A stretch of DNA of 63,118 bases, counting the filler, from Octopus bimaculoides (Eukaryota): the NCBI RefSeq assembly GCF_001194135.2. It is 5 parts of 4 records of this genome, joined end to end, with 100 filler letters (N's around TTAATTAATTAA, not from the genome) between each part and the next. Parts side by side here need not be neighbours in the genome. Positions count along the whole stretch, not along the records: positions 46,362 to 63,118 come from NC_068983.1; 4 more parts are not named here. One strand, written 5' to 3'. The notes beneath the pieces were generated by a model. The model ran no database searches. It saw only the letters and a program-made list of their open reading frames with translations, and was not told the DNA's origin. Positions 63,038 through 63,118 of this stretch are shown here, in pieces. How positions within the stretch are numbered: position 1 is the first letter of the stretch; every line of letters starts with the position of its first letter. The translations under genes and the position numbers were made by a program.

Positions 63038-63118
<81 letters not shown>
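63038..63118. repeat. (AAT)n microsatellite running to the window end
   Basis: Seen directly. Confidence 0.97.

Overview
Eukaryotic, repeat-dense, AT-rich draft-assembly DNA with many N gaps. The SINE/LINE repertoire and microsatellite load point to an octopus-like cephalopod; this is inferred from recognised repeat families, not from a database hit. No intact host protein-coding gene, rRNA, tRNA gene or CRISPR array can be supported. The window is mostly decayed mobile elements: RTE and RTE-BovB LINEs, a HERO-like and several R4/Dong-like restriction-endonuclease LINEs, CR1/L2-group LINEs, Penelope-like (PLE) remnants, a Gypsy pol fragment, Tc1/mariner, hAT, Merlin-like and Helitron-like DNA elements, and at least five tRNA-derived SINE families. 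Most notable: (1) minimal type-I hammerhead-ribozyme motifs in four unrelated PLE-type sequences, two of them in fold-back inverted repeats; (2) two related TIR/TSD-bounded MITEs carrying TTAGGG-like arrays; (3) two R4/Dong fragments 13.5 kb apart that join almost exactly within the zinc knuckle; (4) a Dong-like insertion inside an (AAT)n tract; (5) a visual CpG-depletion gradient plus weak splice-site evidence for a minus-strand host gene. Element boundaries are approximate unless a TIR or TSD is quoted, and all alignments were done by eye.
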